This document shows, one piece after another, positions 17,669 through 26,809 of a stretch of DNA of 33,470 nucleotides (positions within the stretch are counted from its first letter, which is position 1; each line of letters opens with the position of its first letter). The position numbers and the translations under genes were made by a program. The stretch is from positions 1 through 33,470 of the IMG/VR virus record IMGVR_UViG_3300021197_000971; one strand, written 5' to 3'. Source of the DNA: a virus. Taxonomy: Duplodnaviria; Caudoviricetes. Under the pieces are notes generated by a model. It ran no database searches and was not told where the DNA came from. It saw only the letters and a list, made by a program, of their open reading frames with translations.

Positions 17669-19339
17669 TTAGAAATCCTCCTTACGATTAGGTGTTGCTG
17701 GTGCCATAGGTGGCATCACAGGTGTCAAAGTATAACTCTCAAGGTCAAAGTCTACTGCACCCGCTGTACCATTGCCAAGACCTGTGCGGTTCTTACGTCC
17801 AATGACTACATAAGTGCGATTCCTTTCCTCTGGATCATCACTATCACGATCACGCTTAAGAAGCAACTCAAAAGCAGCCCGTTTGGTAATCATACTTGAG
17901 TACATGGCCCCACCATCACTATTCTGATGCGCAACCACAACAATGCCTACGTTCAGCTTGCTTGCCAATGTGGACAACTGCGTAATAAGGTCTGCCAGTT
18001 TACCTTCTTTCTCCGATGAACTGCCAGTGACACAATCCTGCACAGGTTCAATGAACACAAAGTCAACATTCATGGCAGCTACAAGATAACGGACCTGCTT
18101 AATAAGACCTTCGTGACCACCATGCATATCAAAATCAAAGGTGATGAAATTCTCTGATGTTGCTATCTCCTTGATGGACTCCCTTACTTCAGCGTCCAGT
18201 TGTTTCTCGTCGATGAACTTCTTGATGGTAACATTGGTATTTAGCCTATAGCTTACAAGACCTAAGAGTGAGCGAACCTTGGATTCTTCCAGGTGCATGG
18301 CAGCTACACGATATTTACCTGTCTCAAGAGCCTTATGTTCAAGGTAACGGCAAAACTCAGTCTTACCCAGACCTGACTCAGCTTGGATCAGTGTGACATA
18401 CCCCTTACAAATACCAAGCATCTTGTTATCCAACTCTTGGATACCTGTTTGGAAATACTCGAAGTCAGGGCTATCGTCATACAGACTAAGGTAATCATCA
18501 ACATCACTAAGGATACTTTCAGGCTTATGCCTCTTGGCCTTCCACCATGCGTTCTTGTAAGCCTTGGCATCCCCATTCATAAGGAAGTCATTAGCATCCT
18601 TATGTTGCCCGTGATCCATCACAAAGACTTTTCCGGGGAAAATCTCACTGATAACTTCAGCAACCTTACGCCCCGGTTCATCATTATCCACACTAAGAAT
18701 AATCTCATCAAACGAGTCAAGCCAACCCTTGCACTTCTCCCACAGTTTACCGGATGGTGTGGCACCAGGTAGAGACACAACAGGGTTGATGTAGTTACCA
18801 CTCTGTAGCATCTGCCAAGCACTAAGGCAGTCAGCTTCCCCTTCAGTGATTGTCACTTTCTTTGCGCAACCAGCAGGGAACCTTTGCATACCAAAGAGTT
18901 CATCCCCCTTCAGCCCTTTAGCCCAAAACTCTTTAACTGACTTCTTACGGACTTTGGCCCCACCAGAGGGGTACACAAAATGAATCTCATCCCCACTTGT
19001 CTTGACACCGAAGTGTTCCATAGTGTTCTCATTGATACCCCGCCACGACTGATAGGAGCCTTTGTCTGTATTCGTGTCGATAGCCTTTGGGGTAAAATCT
19101 TCAAAGATGCCGTCTTGTTGTTCTTCACCTGCTACTGTATCGCCCATGTGTTCTCCATAACTATCAACCTTAAACTTACGCCCATCTGTAGTCTTGCCCC
19201 ACAAATTATCCTTGTAGAGCCACGTAGAAAGCCCACAAGAGTGGCAGTAGCCCATTTCTTTGGTAGTATCCCAAAAATAGCTATCGTGCCCCATAGTGTC
19301 TGTCTGGTGCGCTGGGCACTGCCCTCTTGTTTCAGTCAT
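17669..19339 (-). CDS. T7 gp4-like primase-helicase
   Basis: Zn finger CPAH...CHSC, TOPRIM ITEGEAD, DNDEPG, KDAND; Walker A AESGLGKT; HLEES. Confidence 0.92.
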   Translation of the reverse strand: MTETRGQCPAHQTDTMGHDSYFWDTTKEMGYCHSCGLSTWLYKDNLWGKTTDGRKFKVDSYGEHMGDTVAGEEQQDGIFEDFTPKAIDTNTDKGSYQSWRGINENTMEHFGVKTSGDEIHFVYPSGGAKVRKKSVKEFWAKGLKGDELFGMQRFPAGCAKKVTITEGEADCLSAWQMLQSGNYINPVVSLPGATPSGKLWEKCKGWLDSFDEIILSVDNDEPGRKVAEVISEIFPGKVFVMDHGQHKDANDFLMNGDAKAYKNAWWKAKRHKPESILSDVDDYLSLYDDSPDFEYFQTGIQELDNKMLGICKGYVTLIQAESGLGKTEFCRYLEHKALETGKYRVAAMHLEESKVRSLLGLVSYRLNTNVTIKKFIDEKQLDAEVRESIKEIATSENFITFDFDMHGGHEGLIKQVRYLVAAMNVDFVFIEPVQDCVTGSSSEKEGKLADLITQLSTLASKLNVGIVVVAHQNSDGGAMYSSMITKRAAFELLLKRDRDSDDPEERNRTYVVIGRKNRTGLGNGTAGAVDFDLESYTLTPVMPPMAPATPNRKEDF

Positions 19340-19527
19340 GGTGTCTCCTCACTCTTGTAACTTGGGCAACCTTCAGAATAGTCACTAAAGGCTATAGGTG
19401 CGTTATCAGGGTCATGTGACCACCACTTGCGTGACCCCTCTTGGACCTCTGGCGAGAAGTTCCTGAAGCACTCTGTGTTGGTGCAGTCACTTGAGCAAAA
19501 GCCTCTGTCTAGGTAGCATAGTGCCAT
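19336..19527 (-). CDS. Hypothetical Cys-rich protein
   Basis: CYLDRGFC..DC....CFR pattern; AGGAG RBS. Confidence 0.55.
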   Translation of the reverse strand: MALCYLDRGFCSSDCTNTECFRNFSPEVQEGSRKWWSHDPDNAPIAFSDYSEGCPSYKSEETP

Positions 19528-19539
19528 CAGTAAACTCCT

Positions 19540-19698
19540 TCAGTCATAAACTTGGATAGGTATAATACTCATCTCGTACAGACTTAAACCTGCCGTATCC
19601 TTAAGGTGCCTGCACTCAATCTCCGCTGACTGTTTAGTTGTCCACAGAGAATAGGAATCCTCACCATCACTAGTAACAACCAATAGGTAAAGTGTCAT
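19540..19698 (-). CDS. Hypothetical 52-aa protein
   Basis: Read by hand (MTLYLLVVTSDGEDSYSLW...), TAATG-coupled to thyX, AGGAG RBS. Confidence 0.5.
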   Translation of the reverse strand: MTLYLLVVTSDGEDSYSLWTTKQSAEIECRHLKDTAGLSLYEMSIIPIQVYD

Positions 19699-20504
19699 TA
19701 GTAAACTCCTTCAACAAGTAGTGGTGCAGCTACAGGAAACTGCTTCTTAAGTTCCTCATACACCTTAGCGGCCACAAGTCTGCTTTCATACTGAGCCTCT
19801 GGATGCAGTCGCAATTTACACATATTAGCAAAAGCCCCTAGTGTACCACTCCATGTCCAAGCAGTCATAAGGGACTGAGGTAGAACCATCCGTGCTTGCT
19901 CCGGTGCCACTCCTTGCTTCATAAGCCCTGTATATAAAAGTATTTGGTCCTTATTATTCTGGTTTACAAGGGTATCCCACAACTCTTGACCTTCTACACC
20001 TTCATCAGAACTCCCTTGCTTCTTATTCTCTGCTGCTTTACGCCAGTAATCAGGTTCATAGAACTCAACATCATCAGTGATGTACCTACGTGAGTATTCT
20101 GACATGATAAGGTACTCATGCTTCACCAACTGTGCCCTCACAAAGATAGGTGCCTTTACCTCGAAGCTAAAAAACCCGTGGTTAAATGGTGTGTCATGTG
20201 TAGGTGTGTTACGCCATTGCCAAAGAAGTTCTACAAGTTCCTTTGCGTGTTCTTCAGTGTCTGGTGCAGGCACATTGTGGACAAAGGACTCAAAGTCATC
20301 CGCAGTCATACCCCTGGCAAGAAACTCAAGCAGGCGTTTGTCTTTGCCCTTGAGTTTGTACTGCACAGTATTCTTCTCAGTCAGGTACGTGTCCCACCCA
20401 CTGCGCTTACCAAAAGACTTACGGGCAGCGTTTACGATACCCAAGCAACTTCCTGTTGGCGGTACATCAGGGTTCAGTTGGCAGATGATCTGGTTCTCAG
20501 GCAT
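19698..20504 (-). CDS. thyX: FAD-dependent thymidylate synthase
   Basis: IVNAARKSF, HDTPF, APIFVRAQLVKH...SRRY, EQARMVLP, LRLHPEAQYE. Confidence 0.9.
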   Translation of the reverse strand: MPENQIICQLNPDVPPTGSCLGIVNAARKSFGKRSGWDTYLTEKNTVQYKLKGKDKRLLEFLARGMTADDFESFVHNVPAPDTEEHAKELVELLWQWRNTPTHDTPFNHGFFSFEVKAPIFVRAQLVKHEYLIMSEYSRRYITDDVEFYEPDYWRKAAENKKQGSSDEGVEGQELWDTLVNQNNKDQILLYTGLMKQGVAPEQARMVLPQSLMTAWTWSGTLGAFANMCKLRLHPEAQYESRLVAAKVYEELKKQFPVAAPLLVEGVY

Positions 20505-20781
20505 TTTGACTATCCTTTGTGTGTTTCGATCTTTTATGGAATGGATTCTTCCCCATTCGGAATGGCCATAAGGGGCAACTATACTGCACACACTTACGAA
20601 CCTCTGCCTCGTTGAAAGCACAGTCAAGGCACTTAGCCCTGATAGCTTTCGTGAGTGATTTAGGGTGCCCTAATGCCTCCAAATCTTGTAAGTTGACTTC
20701 TGATGGTGTCATACCCACCAGTTCACCTTCATCGGTAGTTTGGTTGCCTATTTTAAGGTATTTCAGGGTGTCTTGAATCAT
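20497..20781 (-). CDS. Hypothetical Zn-binding protein
   Basis: AIRAKCLDC...C...CPLWPFRMG pattern. Confidence 0.65.
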   Translation of the reverse strand: MIQDTLKYLKIGNQTTDEGELVGMTPSEVNLQDLEALGHPKSLTKAIRAKCLDCAFNEAEVRKCVQYSCPLWPFRMGKNPFHKRSKHTKDSQNA

Positions 20782-20940
20782 TGGTTATATCCCATAGTTG
20801 TTCTTTAAGTGTAACTACATACCAGAATATGCCTACACTAGAGTCCCTCTCTAGAGTCTCTCTATAGTATGTTATACCTACTAAGTATATACACACTTAA
20901 GAGGACACTTAAGTAAGAGACTCTAGAGTCCTTGTCTTGA

Positions 20941-20985
20941 CCCCCTGTATAAGAATATAAGTACTTTTTCGGCCAGTATATTCCA
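20941..20985 (-). promoter_or_regulatory. Phage-specific bipartite promoter, copy 2 (replication operon)
   Basis: Minus strand TGGAAT-N15-GTACTTATATTCTTATACAGGGGG. Confidence 0.7.
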
Positions 20986-21083
20986 TAAGACCCTCACTTT
21001 TCCGCTGTCTGTTGTCAGAAGGACACAACTTTCTTGTGTCACTTAAGATTGTTACCTATTATGTAGTTATTCTTGTAAGATTA

Positions 21084-21266
21084 TTACTCAGTTCTTTTGG
21101 GGTTACCTTGGGTAGTGCCCCCCATGTTTTCAACATCTTTTCTGACCTCATCATAACTGTTGTAGTACTTGTAGTGGTCTACCCAAAAAACGAGAAACTT
21201 TCGTTCTTGTAGCCAATACTGCCTGTAGACACACCCATGGGTCTTAATCCTAAAAATTCTACTCAT
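21084..21266 (-). CDS. Hypothetical protein
   Basis: 60-aa ORF coupled to the sigma gene, GAGG RBS. Confidence 0.5.
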   Translation of the reverse strand: MSRIFRIKTHGCVYRQYWLQERKFLVFWVDHYKYYNSYDEVRKDVENMGGTTQGNPKRTE

Positions 21267-21852
21267 GTGTTACCTCAAGTGCCCTCTTCAGCTTCTTAAG
21301 ACCGTTGCTAAGGCTCTTTGAGACAGCCCCTTGAGATACCCCTAATTCCTGTGCTACCTCCTCTTGCGTCCAATCATCTATATGCACCATCTGGACTATA
21401 ACAGCTTCCTCTGGACTAAGGAACACCCACAGGTGATCTGTAATGTACTTGTAGAGGTCTTTTTCCACCACTACCTCCTCTGCACTACGGACAGTACCCA
21501 ATGTGCTGGGCTGTACACCCTCCGTAGAGCCTCTGAGAGCATCGTACAGGGCCATCTCTGTGTTACCTTGAGTGTGAGTACCATCTACATCCTTAAGACG
21601 CTTTAGAAAGGCTCTCACGTCCCCACTTTTGGGTACATGCACAGGCTTGAGACTAATGTTCTTGTAGTCGTGCATTGCCCTTCGCATGTGACCTATGGCT
21701 GTGAATGTATCTGCACCATTCATCAGAGCCTCCCAACCTGCCAGAAACCCCTCTTGAAAAAGGTCATCATATTCCTGGGAGTCTTTGTACCGACTGGCGA
21801 GAGCACCTGCCACGGTCTGTAGGTTCTGCGCAGCCTCTTCAGATATTTCCAT
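21259..21852 (-). CDS. RNA polymerase sigma factor (sigma70 family, regions 2 and 4)
   Basis: Region 2 YDDLFQEGFLAGWEA; region 4 HTH WTQEEVAQELGVSQGAVSK..GLKKLK. Confidence 0.85.
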   Translation of the reverse strand: MEISEEAAQNLQTVAGALASRYKDSQEYDDLFQEGFLAGWEALMNGADTFTAIGHMRRAMHDYKNISLKPVHVPKSGDVRAFLKRLKDVDGTHTQGNTEMALYDALRGSTEGVQPSTLGTVRSAEEVVVEKDLYKYITDHLWVFLSPEEAVIVQMVHIDDWTQEEVAQELGVSQGAVSKSLSNGLKKLKRALEVTHE

Positions 21853-21886
21853 TATTATACCTCATTATCTTGTTTCTTCGCTCCAT

Positions 21887-22168
21887 TTAGACATCGGTCT
21901 GTCCTTTCAGTTCTGCGAGGGTGGCATTGACGATTTCATGAACCACAATGTCAAACGTCTCCAACGTATCGCCGCGCCTGTTCAGCTTCTCTAAAGCCTC
22001 CACCGCCTTCGCCAGCTTGGCCTCAAGTTCTTCGTCAGTCGCAGTAAGTTCCTCAATGCAGTCGGCAGCTTCTCGACGTTCCTTCATCCAAATGTCTGTC
22101 TGTGAGATTATACTTCGGTCAGCATCCCAAGATGTACGCAACCGCTTTACCAGTTCTTCGTGTCTCAT
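21887..22168 (-). CDS. Hypothetical coiled-coil phage protein
   Basis: LVKRLR...EAADCIEEL...LEAKLAKAVEAL pattern common in alphaproteobacterial phages. Confidence 0.6.
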   Translation of the reverse strand: MRHEELVKRLRTSWDADRSIISQTDIWMKERREAADCIEELTATDEELEAKLAKAVEALEKLNRRGDTLETFDIVVHEIVNATLAELKGQTDV

Positions 22169-22172
22169 TGGT

Positions 22173-22460
22173 TCATCCTTCCCCTTGCTCACAATCATTG
22201 GTGACAATGTACGGGTAGCGCACGACATCGCCTAGTTGTTCTTCGTCCATAAGCCCGGCGTTATGTACGACTTCGGCTAAAACGCCCACAACCTTCGACA
22301 AAGCGTAAACCTGCGATGCAAGCTCTTCCAGCCTCCCGTCACAATGCGACGTATACATTACACCTTCGGTCACGGCTTCACGGACACTAACCGAGTCAAC
22401 TTTGCCAGGTTTCCTTGTGTCCTCGTACCTAACTACTTTCATCACGTTCTCCTTCCCCAT
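22173..22460 (-). CDS. Hypothetical protein
   Basis: ORF in operon order. Confidence 0.55.
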   Translation of the reverse strand: MGKENVMKVVRYEDTRKPGKVDSVSVREAVTEGVMYTSHCDGRLEELASQVYALSKVVGVLAEVVHNAGLMDEEQLGDVVRYPYIVTNDCEQGEG

Positions 22461-22464
22461 AACT

Positions 22465-22935
22465 CTAGTTGCTGCACAATCTGACGTAACCAGGGTCCAT
22501 GTCGTGAACCTCTTGCCCTGTCTTACTGTGCCATAGGATAATCAAGTCTCTTCCTTCAGTCATAAACCACTTGTGCAGGTTTGGCGGGTAGTGTGCAGCC
22601 ATTCGCCTGTCATATCGCAGTTTGTTATAAGGTGTAGCTGGTACAAAAAGAACCTCAGTAGCACCGTGAAAACCAAGTGTGGCATCAGGGGCTACACAGG
22701 TGTTAGGAAGGCTCAAATACATGGTGCAAGTTGAGATACATGTTCCGATGATTTCAACACGTGTTCCACTTTTCGCCAGTGCGGCAATCTCTTCCTCACG
22801 GACACTGATAGAACCACCTTCGTCATACAGTACAGTCTTTACGTCACCTTTCGTCGGGGCTACCTGAATACTGCACCCGGCAAAAAACATGGTGCTGATT
22901 ATCCCTGCAACACTCAGTGCTTTAATCTTGTCCAT
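22465..22935 (-). CDS. Putative lipoprotein with ClpP/crotonase-like peptidase fold
   Basis: Lipobox FFAG-C; GG...GTCISTCT...LGFH motif. Confidence 0.6.
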   Translation of the reverse strand: MDKIKALSVAGIISTMFFAGCSIQVAPTKGDVKTVLYDEGGSISVREEEIAALAKSGTRVEIIGTCISTCTMYLSLPNTCVAPDATLGFHGATEVLFVPATPYNKLRYDRRMAAHYPPNLHKWFMTEGRDLIILWHSKTGQEVHDMDPGYVRLCSN

Positions 22936-22953
22936 TATGTGTCTCCTTCCTCT

Positions 22954-23133
22954 TTAGTTATCAGTGCCTTGATAATCAACAGCATCGCTGAACATCATCT
23001 CAGGAATAGGCAGACCCAAAGCCTCACGCAACGCCTTGGCCGCATCTATAGAGCCGTGAAATGCCTTCCAAACGGTGTCGCCCCACCCGGTAGCTTTATT
23101 GGCAACATTCCAGTTTGAGTCTGATCGTTCCAT
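22954..23133 (-). CDS. Hypothetical 59-aa protein
   Basis: Read by hand (MERSDSNWNVANK...), AAGGA RBS. Confidence 0.45.
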   Translation of the reverse strand: MERSDSNWNVANKATGWGDTVWKAFHGSIDAAKALREALGLPIPEMMFSDAVDYQGTDN

Positions 23134-23207
23134 ATTCTTGGTCCTTTACTGAAATGTATAGAGGTAGCCCTTTGGGCTTTCGTGTGCGTACTGGACAAAG
23201 GGGGAGT

Positions 23208-23657
23208 TCATGCCAGCCCCCGGATTTTTGCCAGAGCCACGGCGTTCTTGACCAGTTGCAGGCTTTCGTCACCAAGAGGCGTTTCGGCACGGGTGTCGCG
23301 CCAGTGCTTGCGCGCATCAGCTACAGTGAAGTAACGGCATCCGGCTTTGATCCACAGTTTGCTATAGCGGATATGAGCAAAGAACTCGTAGCCGTCAGAT
23401 CGCGCGCCGCAGTGGATAATGTCTGCGCCACTGAGGTCTGCGCCCCAGAGGTTTGCGCCCCTGAGGTTTGCGCCCCTGAGTTTTGCGCCCCAGAGGTTTG
23501 CGTCCTTGAGGTTTGCGCCCCAGAGGTTTGCGCCATTCTTGCGCGCCCACCTGACAGCAAGACCGATTTTCACGGAAACAGCGGCATGTTCCTCACAGTC
23601 GATTTCTGCGGTGAACTGCACTTCGTCGGTGAAGCGGTTGCGAATGTCGTATTTCAT
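23208..23657 (-). CDS. Pentapeptide repeat protein
   Basis: Seven A(N/D/K)L(W/R/K/S)(G/D) repeats; C-terminal AGCRYFT domain. Confidence 0.85.
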   Translation of the reverse strand: MKYDIRNRFTDEVQFTAEIDCEEHAAVSVKIGLAVRWARKNGANLWGANLKDANLWGAKLRGANLRGANLWGADLSGADIIHCGARSDGYEFFAHIRYSKLWIKAGCRYFTVADARKHWRDTRAETPLGDESLQLVKNAVALAKIRGLA

Positions 23658-23875
23658 GCGATAATCCCTTCTTTTCGAGCCCGCAGCTCAAGTTGTTCGC
23701 GGAACCCCGCGATAGCGCACTGAACGTCTTTGATACGCTCCATTTTTATCTTGACTTTGCAGCATGGATGACTGGACTCGGAGAAGTTCACAGTATTGCA
23801 TCCCTCGGCGCTCAAGCGTGTTTCGGGGTGGCCCATCATATTGTATATCACATCGTCAAGGTCATCAGTAAGCAT
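23654..23875 (-). CDS. Hypothetical protein
   Basis: Coupled 73-aa ORF. Confidence 0.5.
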   Translation of the reverse strand: MLTDDLDDVIYNMMGHPETRLSAEGCNTVNFSESSHPCCKVKIKMERIKDVQCAIAGFREQLELRARKEGIIA

Positions 23876-23972
23876 TGCTTCGTCCCATATTCGTGATCCC
23901 TATGTAAAACTGCATAACACGTAAAGAATTACGTATACAGCAGCATAAACCGGAGTTTCCTACCCCTTACAC

Positions 23973-24143
23973 TTAGAATGTAGGGTAAAAAAGTTCACCT
24001 TTCAAGTGCATTTCCTTAAGTTCTTCGATTTCCATTATCAATGATTGCAACCCCTCTGGTGCGAGACCTTCCCACTCCTTGTCATCAAGTTCCTTTTGTT
24101 TGCTCTTGAGCAGTTCTACCAGGTTCAATACACGGTTATCCAT
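23973..24143 (-). CDS. Hypothetical 56-aa helical protein
   Basis: Read by hand (MDNRVLNLVELLKSKQKE...), GGAGG RBS. Confidence 0.5.
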   Translation of the reverse strand: MDNRVLNLVELLKSKQKELDDKEWEGLAPEGLQSLIMEIEELKEMHLKGELFYPTF

Positions 24144-24381
24144 TGTTTACCTCCAGTGCTACTACAGAATCCAACCTGAAACTTCTCCACTGCCCAGCAG
24201 CATCACCTTGTGACACCTTTACTGGTACTGCTGTAGTGTTCTTAGGTGGTGATTTAGGCTCTTCCATGAAGCCGGTAATACTACGCTCAGTCCCATCGAC
24301 CTTCGTAAAAACTACCGTGAACTCCTTGTAAAAACCGATGGTATCCAAAGTCTGTTGTACTTGTTTCTGTGTGAGTTTCAT
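24136..24381 (-). CDS. Small SH3/WYL_2-like (DUF2693-like) protein
   Basis: FTKVDGTERSITG...WRSFRLDSV motif. Confidence 0.7.
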   Translation of the reverse strand: MKLTQKQVQQTLDTIGFYKEFTVVFTKVDGTERSITGFMEEPKSPPKNTTAVPVKVSQGDAAGQWRSFRLDSVVALEVNNG

Positions 24382-24416
24382 AGTCTATTCCTTTTTCCTT
24401 GAACCACTGTCTGAGG

Positions 24417-24448
24417 TATTCATAGTCTGATTCGTCGTATAAGTCAAG
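24417..24448 (-). promoter_or_regulatory. Host sigma70-type early promoter with a GANTC site in the spacer
   Basis: Minus strand CTTGACT-tatacgaCGAATCAgac-TATGAAT (17-nt spacer). Confidence 0.5.
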
Positions 24449-24453
24449 AAACA

Positions 24454-24687
24454 TTATTCATCCTCCCAATCCAAACCATCATGCCCAAAATCCTGCACCA
24501 ATGTGTTGTACAAATCATCGGGTATAAACTTTACATCTACCTCACACCCTAAAACCTCAAGAGCCACAAGTTTGATGTCTACAGGTTCATACCACACAGG
24601 TGAACCAGGGACACCGTAATCATTACGCTCAAATGTTGCTTCAAACACCATTGTAAGATCGTCTGTTGATACTGTTGCAGTAGCCAT
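24454..24687 (-). CDS. Hypothetical acidic protein
   Basis: 77-aa ORF, DYGVPGSPVWYE motif. Confidence 0.6.
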   Translation of the reverse strand: MATATVSTDDLTMVFEATFERNDYGVPGSPVWYEPVDIKLVALEVLGCEVDVKFIPDDLYNTLVQDFGHDGLDWEDE

Positions 24688-24887
24688 TATTTTTCCACCT
24701 TTGAGAAAGAGCTTACCAGATTAGACCACAAGTCTACAAACCCATCATCACCAATAAGGTATGCCTGCCCCTTGTCATCTGCGTACACCTTGTAACGTCC
24801 GCCCTGAGTGTAGGCGCAACTCTTTGATACAGTACATACTACAGTATCCCCCTGTCTTACGATAACTCTGCTGTTGTTACCCATCAT
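24687..24887 (-). CDS. Hypothetical protein
   Basis: AAGGAG RBS before ATG 24887. Confidence 0.5.
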   Translation of the reverse strand: MMGNNSRVIVRQGDTVVCTVSKSCAYTQGGRYKVYADDKGQAYLIGDDGFVDLWSNLVSSFSKVEK

Positions 24888-24952
24888 CTTGTATCTCCTT
24901 TTATTTATGTGTGTCAGCACCTTATAGGCGATTCGGTTAATGGTGTCAATCT

Positions 24953-25135
24953 TTATTTCCACTGGTGGGGTTTGTCACCCGCCCATTCCCCTACTAGGTT
25001 ACTTCTAATTCCCTTACCAGGAGTCCAGAGGATGAACAATTCCCACGGTAGGGGCTGCTCATTTCCACTGGTAGGGTTGCACCCAATCCAAACAGCATTA
25101 TCACGGAATGTTACAAGACTGTAAGAATCAATCAC
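24953..25135 (-). CDS. Hypothetical protein
   Basis: 60-aa ORF, Trp-rich. Confidence 0.35.
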   Translation of the reverse strand: MIDSYSLVTFRDNAVWIGCNPTSGNEQPLPWELFILWTPGKGIRSNLVGEWAGDKPHQWK

Positions 25136-25317
25136 TTTCTTGTGCCAAGCAAAATGTTTACTTGACTCGATTATTTCTACCCTTGTGATATTTTAGCAAC
25201 TGATTCGCTATAGCCGTCCTCCAGTGTTTTTTGCGAGCGCCTTAGGGCACCCCAGCCGAATCAAGTCCGGTTCAAAAATTATGTCTATTTATACGCATAT
25301 AAACCAGGTATTGTCTA

Positions 25318-25353
25318 GTCACGAAATGTTACAATATGTTTCAATATGTTACC
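25318..25353 (+). repeat. 10-bp phased tandem repeat upstream of the early cassette
   Basis: GTCACGAAAT GTTACAATAT GTTTCAATAT GTTACC. Confidence 0.65.
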
Positions 25354-25424
25354 TGGTAAGTTTAGAGCTTGCGAATCGGAATCCTTGGCCCTATACATAA
25401 GGCATCAACACAGGAGAACACGCT

Positions 25425-25592
25425 ATGAAAAACCGAAAAGAGCTTATGACTGCCGACGAAGCGCAAGAGAACATTGCCATGATGCAAGAGCATACACAAC
25501 CTGCCGCCATGCGCCGTTTGGTAGAGCTTGCCCTTGGCCCTCATGGCAACCTGAGTGAAGGCGCAAAAACCATCTACAGGAGTGTTTTGTAA
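25425..25592 (+). CDS. Small early protein (55 aa)
   Basis: AGGAG RBS, MKNRKELMTADEAQEN...; read by hand. Confidence 0.6.
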   Translation: MKNRKELMTADEAQENIAMMQEHTQPAAMRRLVELALGPHGNLSEGAKTIYRSVL

Positions 25593-25678
25593 TGCTTGAT
25601 ATAATCACCATGGCGACACTGTTCTTGATAATATGTATCGCCACGCTTATTCTCGAAACCACAACTAAAGAGGACTAA
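25592..25678 (+). CDS. 28-aa membrane peptide
   Basis: TAATG coupling, AGGAG RBS, MLDIITMATLFLIICIATLILETTTKED. Confidence 0.5.
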   Translation: MLDIITMATLFLIICIATLILETTTKED

Positions 25679-25682
25679 ACCC

Positions 25683-25844
25683 ATGCAAAACCTGAAAACA
25701 TACCGACTCGCCACCAAAACAGAATCCGGCCAGATTGTGCAATTCGGCCCCACAATGGCAATGCGGCAAGCGCAAACCAAACGGGATTCTATGGCATTGC
25801 TAACTACTTTTCCCGTCTATGTAATCAACACTATTGCGGAGTGA
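25683..25844 (+). CDS. Small early protein (53 aa)
   Basis: GAGGA RBS, MQNLKTYRLATKTESGQ... Confidence 0.55.
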   Translation: MQNLKTYRLATKTESGQIVQFGPTMAMRQAQTKRDSMALLTTFPVYVINTIAE

Positions 25845-25849
25845 ATCTA

Positions 25850-26281
25850 ATGTCTGATACAATAACATACAAAACCATTATTGATCGCTGCAAAGACGAT
25901 GTAATGGAATACACGCCGGATATTCCAAAAGAGAACACGCAAGAGGCTTGGCAAGACTTCATTGACGCTCTGGAAACATTCCGCGACGAATCCTATGGAC
26001 ATGCTCACGAAAGCATCGGCTCATGGGATTGGACAATCTATACTCATTATGGATGGAAAATCCTTGCTGCGTTGGACCAAGATGAAATCAACAGGGCAGA
26101 AGAATCCTATATTGAGTTGAACTATGGGATTGAGGTTCAAGACTTGGAGGGCGGCGCATTTTGTGTCTATGGCATTCAATCGAGTGTTGCCTATTTTGCC
26201 TTGGTCAATATCTGGATTGAACAGGCGTATGAAATTGTAAGCGAATTGCTTGAACTTGCGGAAACACAAAAGGAAAACTGA
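25850..26281 (+). CDS. Ocr-like acidic DNA-mimic anti-restriction protein (putative)
   Basis: 143 aa, strongly acidic and helical; pattern resembles T7 gp0.3 as recalled; early cassette. Confidence 0.55.
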   Translation: MSDTITYKTIIDRCKDDVMEYTPDIPKENTQEAWQDFIDALETFRDESYGHAHESIGSWDWTIYTHYGWKILAALDQDEINRAEESYIELNYGIEVQDLEGGAFCVYGIQSSVAYFALVNIWIEQAYEIVSELLELAETQKEN

Positions 26282-26282
26282 A

Positions 26283-26456
26283 ATGGACGATAAATTCACA
26301 AAGTGTCTGAGACTTAAGATAGCTGCACAAGATGCACATGAGCGCGCCCTTGTGTATTACTGGAAAGAGGATGAATTCAGTGGCGACTCTCTTGATGAGG
26401 CAATAGAACGTCTTGAAAGAGCAATCGAAGAATACAAGCAAGCAAGGAAAGGTTAA
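26283..26456 (+). CDS. Small early protein
   Basis: AAGGA RBS, 57 aa, helical. Confidence 0.55.
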   Translation: MDDKFTKCLRLKIAAQDAHERALVYYWKEDEFSGDSLDEAIERLERAIEEYKQARKG

Positions 26457-26460
26457 GACA

Positions 26461-26757
26461 ATGGGAACGCAGACTTATGAATATGAATACACAGATACGT
26501 TTGGGGGAGACGCTAACTATTGTTGGGTTAAGCGTGGCAAGGTTACGGTTCCTGATTTAGTGCATTATGGTTACACAGGTTCAACAGACGGTAGTTATGG
26601 TAGGGCAGACAGGGCGCAGCGCAAGCGCATAATGACACTGGTAAAGCGTGAATTAGGTTTAACAGGTATCAAAGGGAAAACTGATGAATATGGTGTCACC
26701 ATTGAATTCAGACCTTATGGCATGAACACAGTCTTGTTTGTTACATACTGCGATTGA
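26461..26757 (+). CDS. Conserved hypothetical early protein
   Basis: EYTDTFGGDANYCWVKR motif; 98 aa. Confidence 0.65.
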   Translation: MGTQTYEYEYTDTFGGDANYCWVKRGKVTVPDLVHYGYTGSTDGSYGRADRAQRKRIMTLVKRELGLTGIKGKTDEYGVTIEFRPYGMNTVLFVTYCD

Positions 26758-26777
26758 CTAACACTATACACACAATA

Positions 26778-26809
26778 GGGCCGCTCTGGTGGGCGGCTTC
26801 TTTGTGTTT
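26778..26809 (+). terminator. Intrinsic terminator of the early cassette
   Basis: GGGCCGCTC-TGGT-GGGCGGCTT hairpin followed by CTTTGTGTTT. Confidence 0.65.

Noticed and set aside
23425-23535. CRISPR-like or DGR-like repeats
   Set aside because: 15-bp coding repeats without spacers; no cas or reverse transcriptase gene
23115-23723. 202-aa + strand ORF with EVCAP repeats
   Set aside because: Antisense shadow of the pentapeptide repeat gene
23978-24006. RpoH-like promoter CTTGAA-N16-CCTACAT on the minus strand
   Set aside because: Single copy inside a coding 3' end; cannot be distinguished from chance
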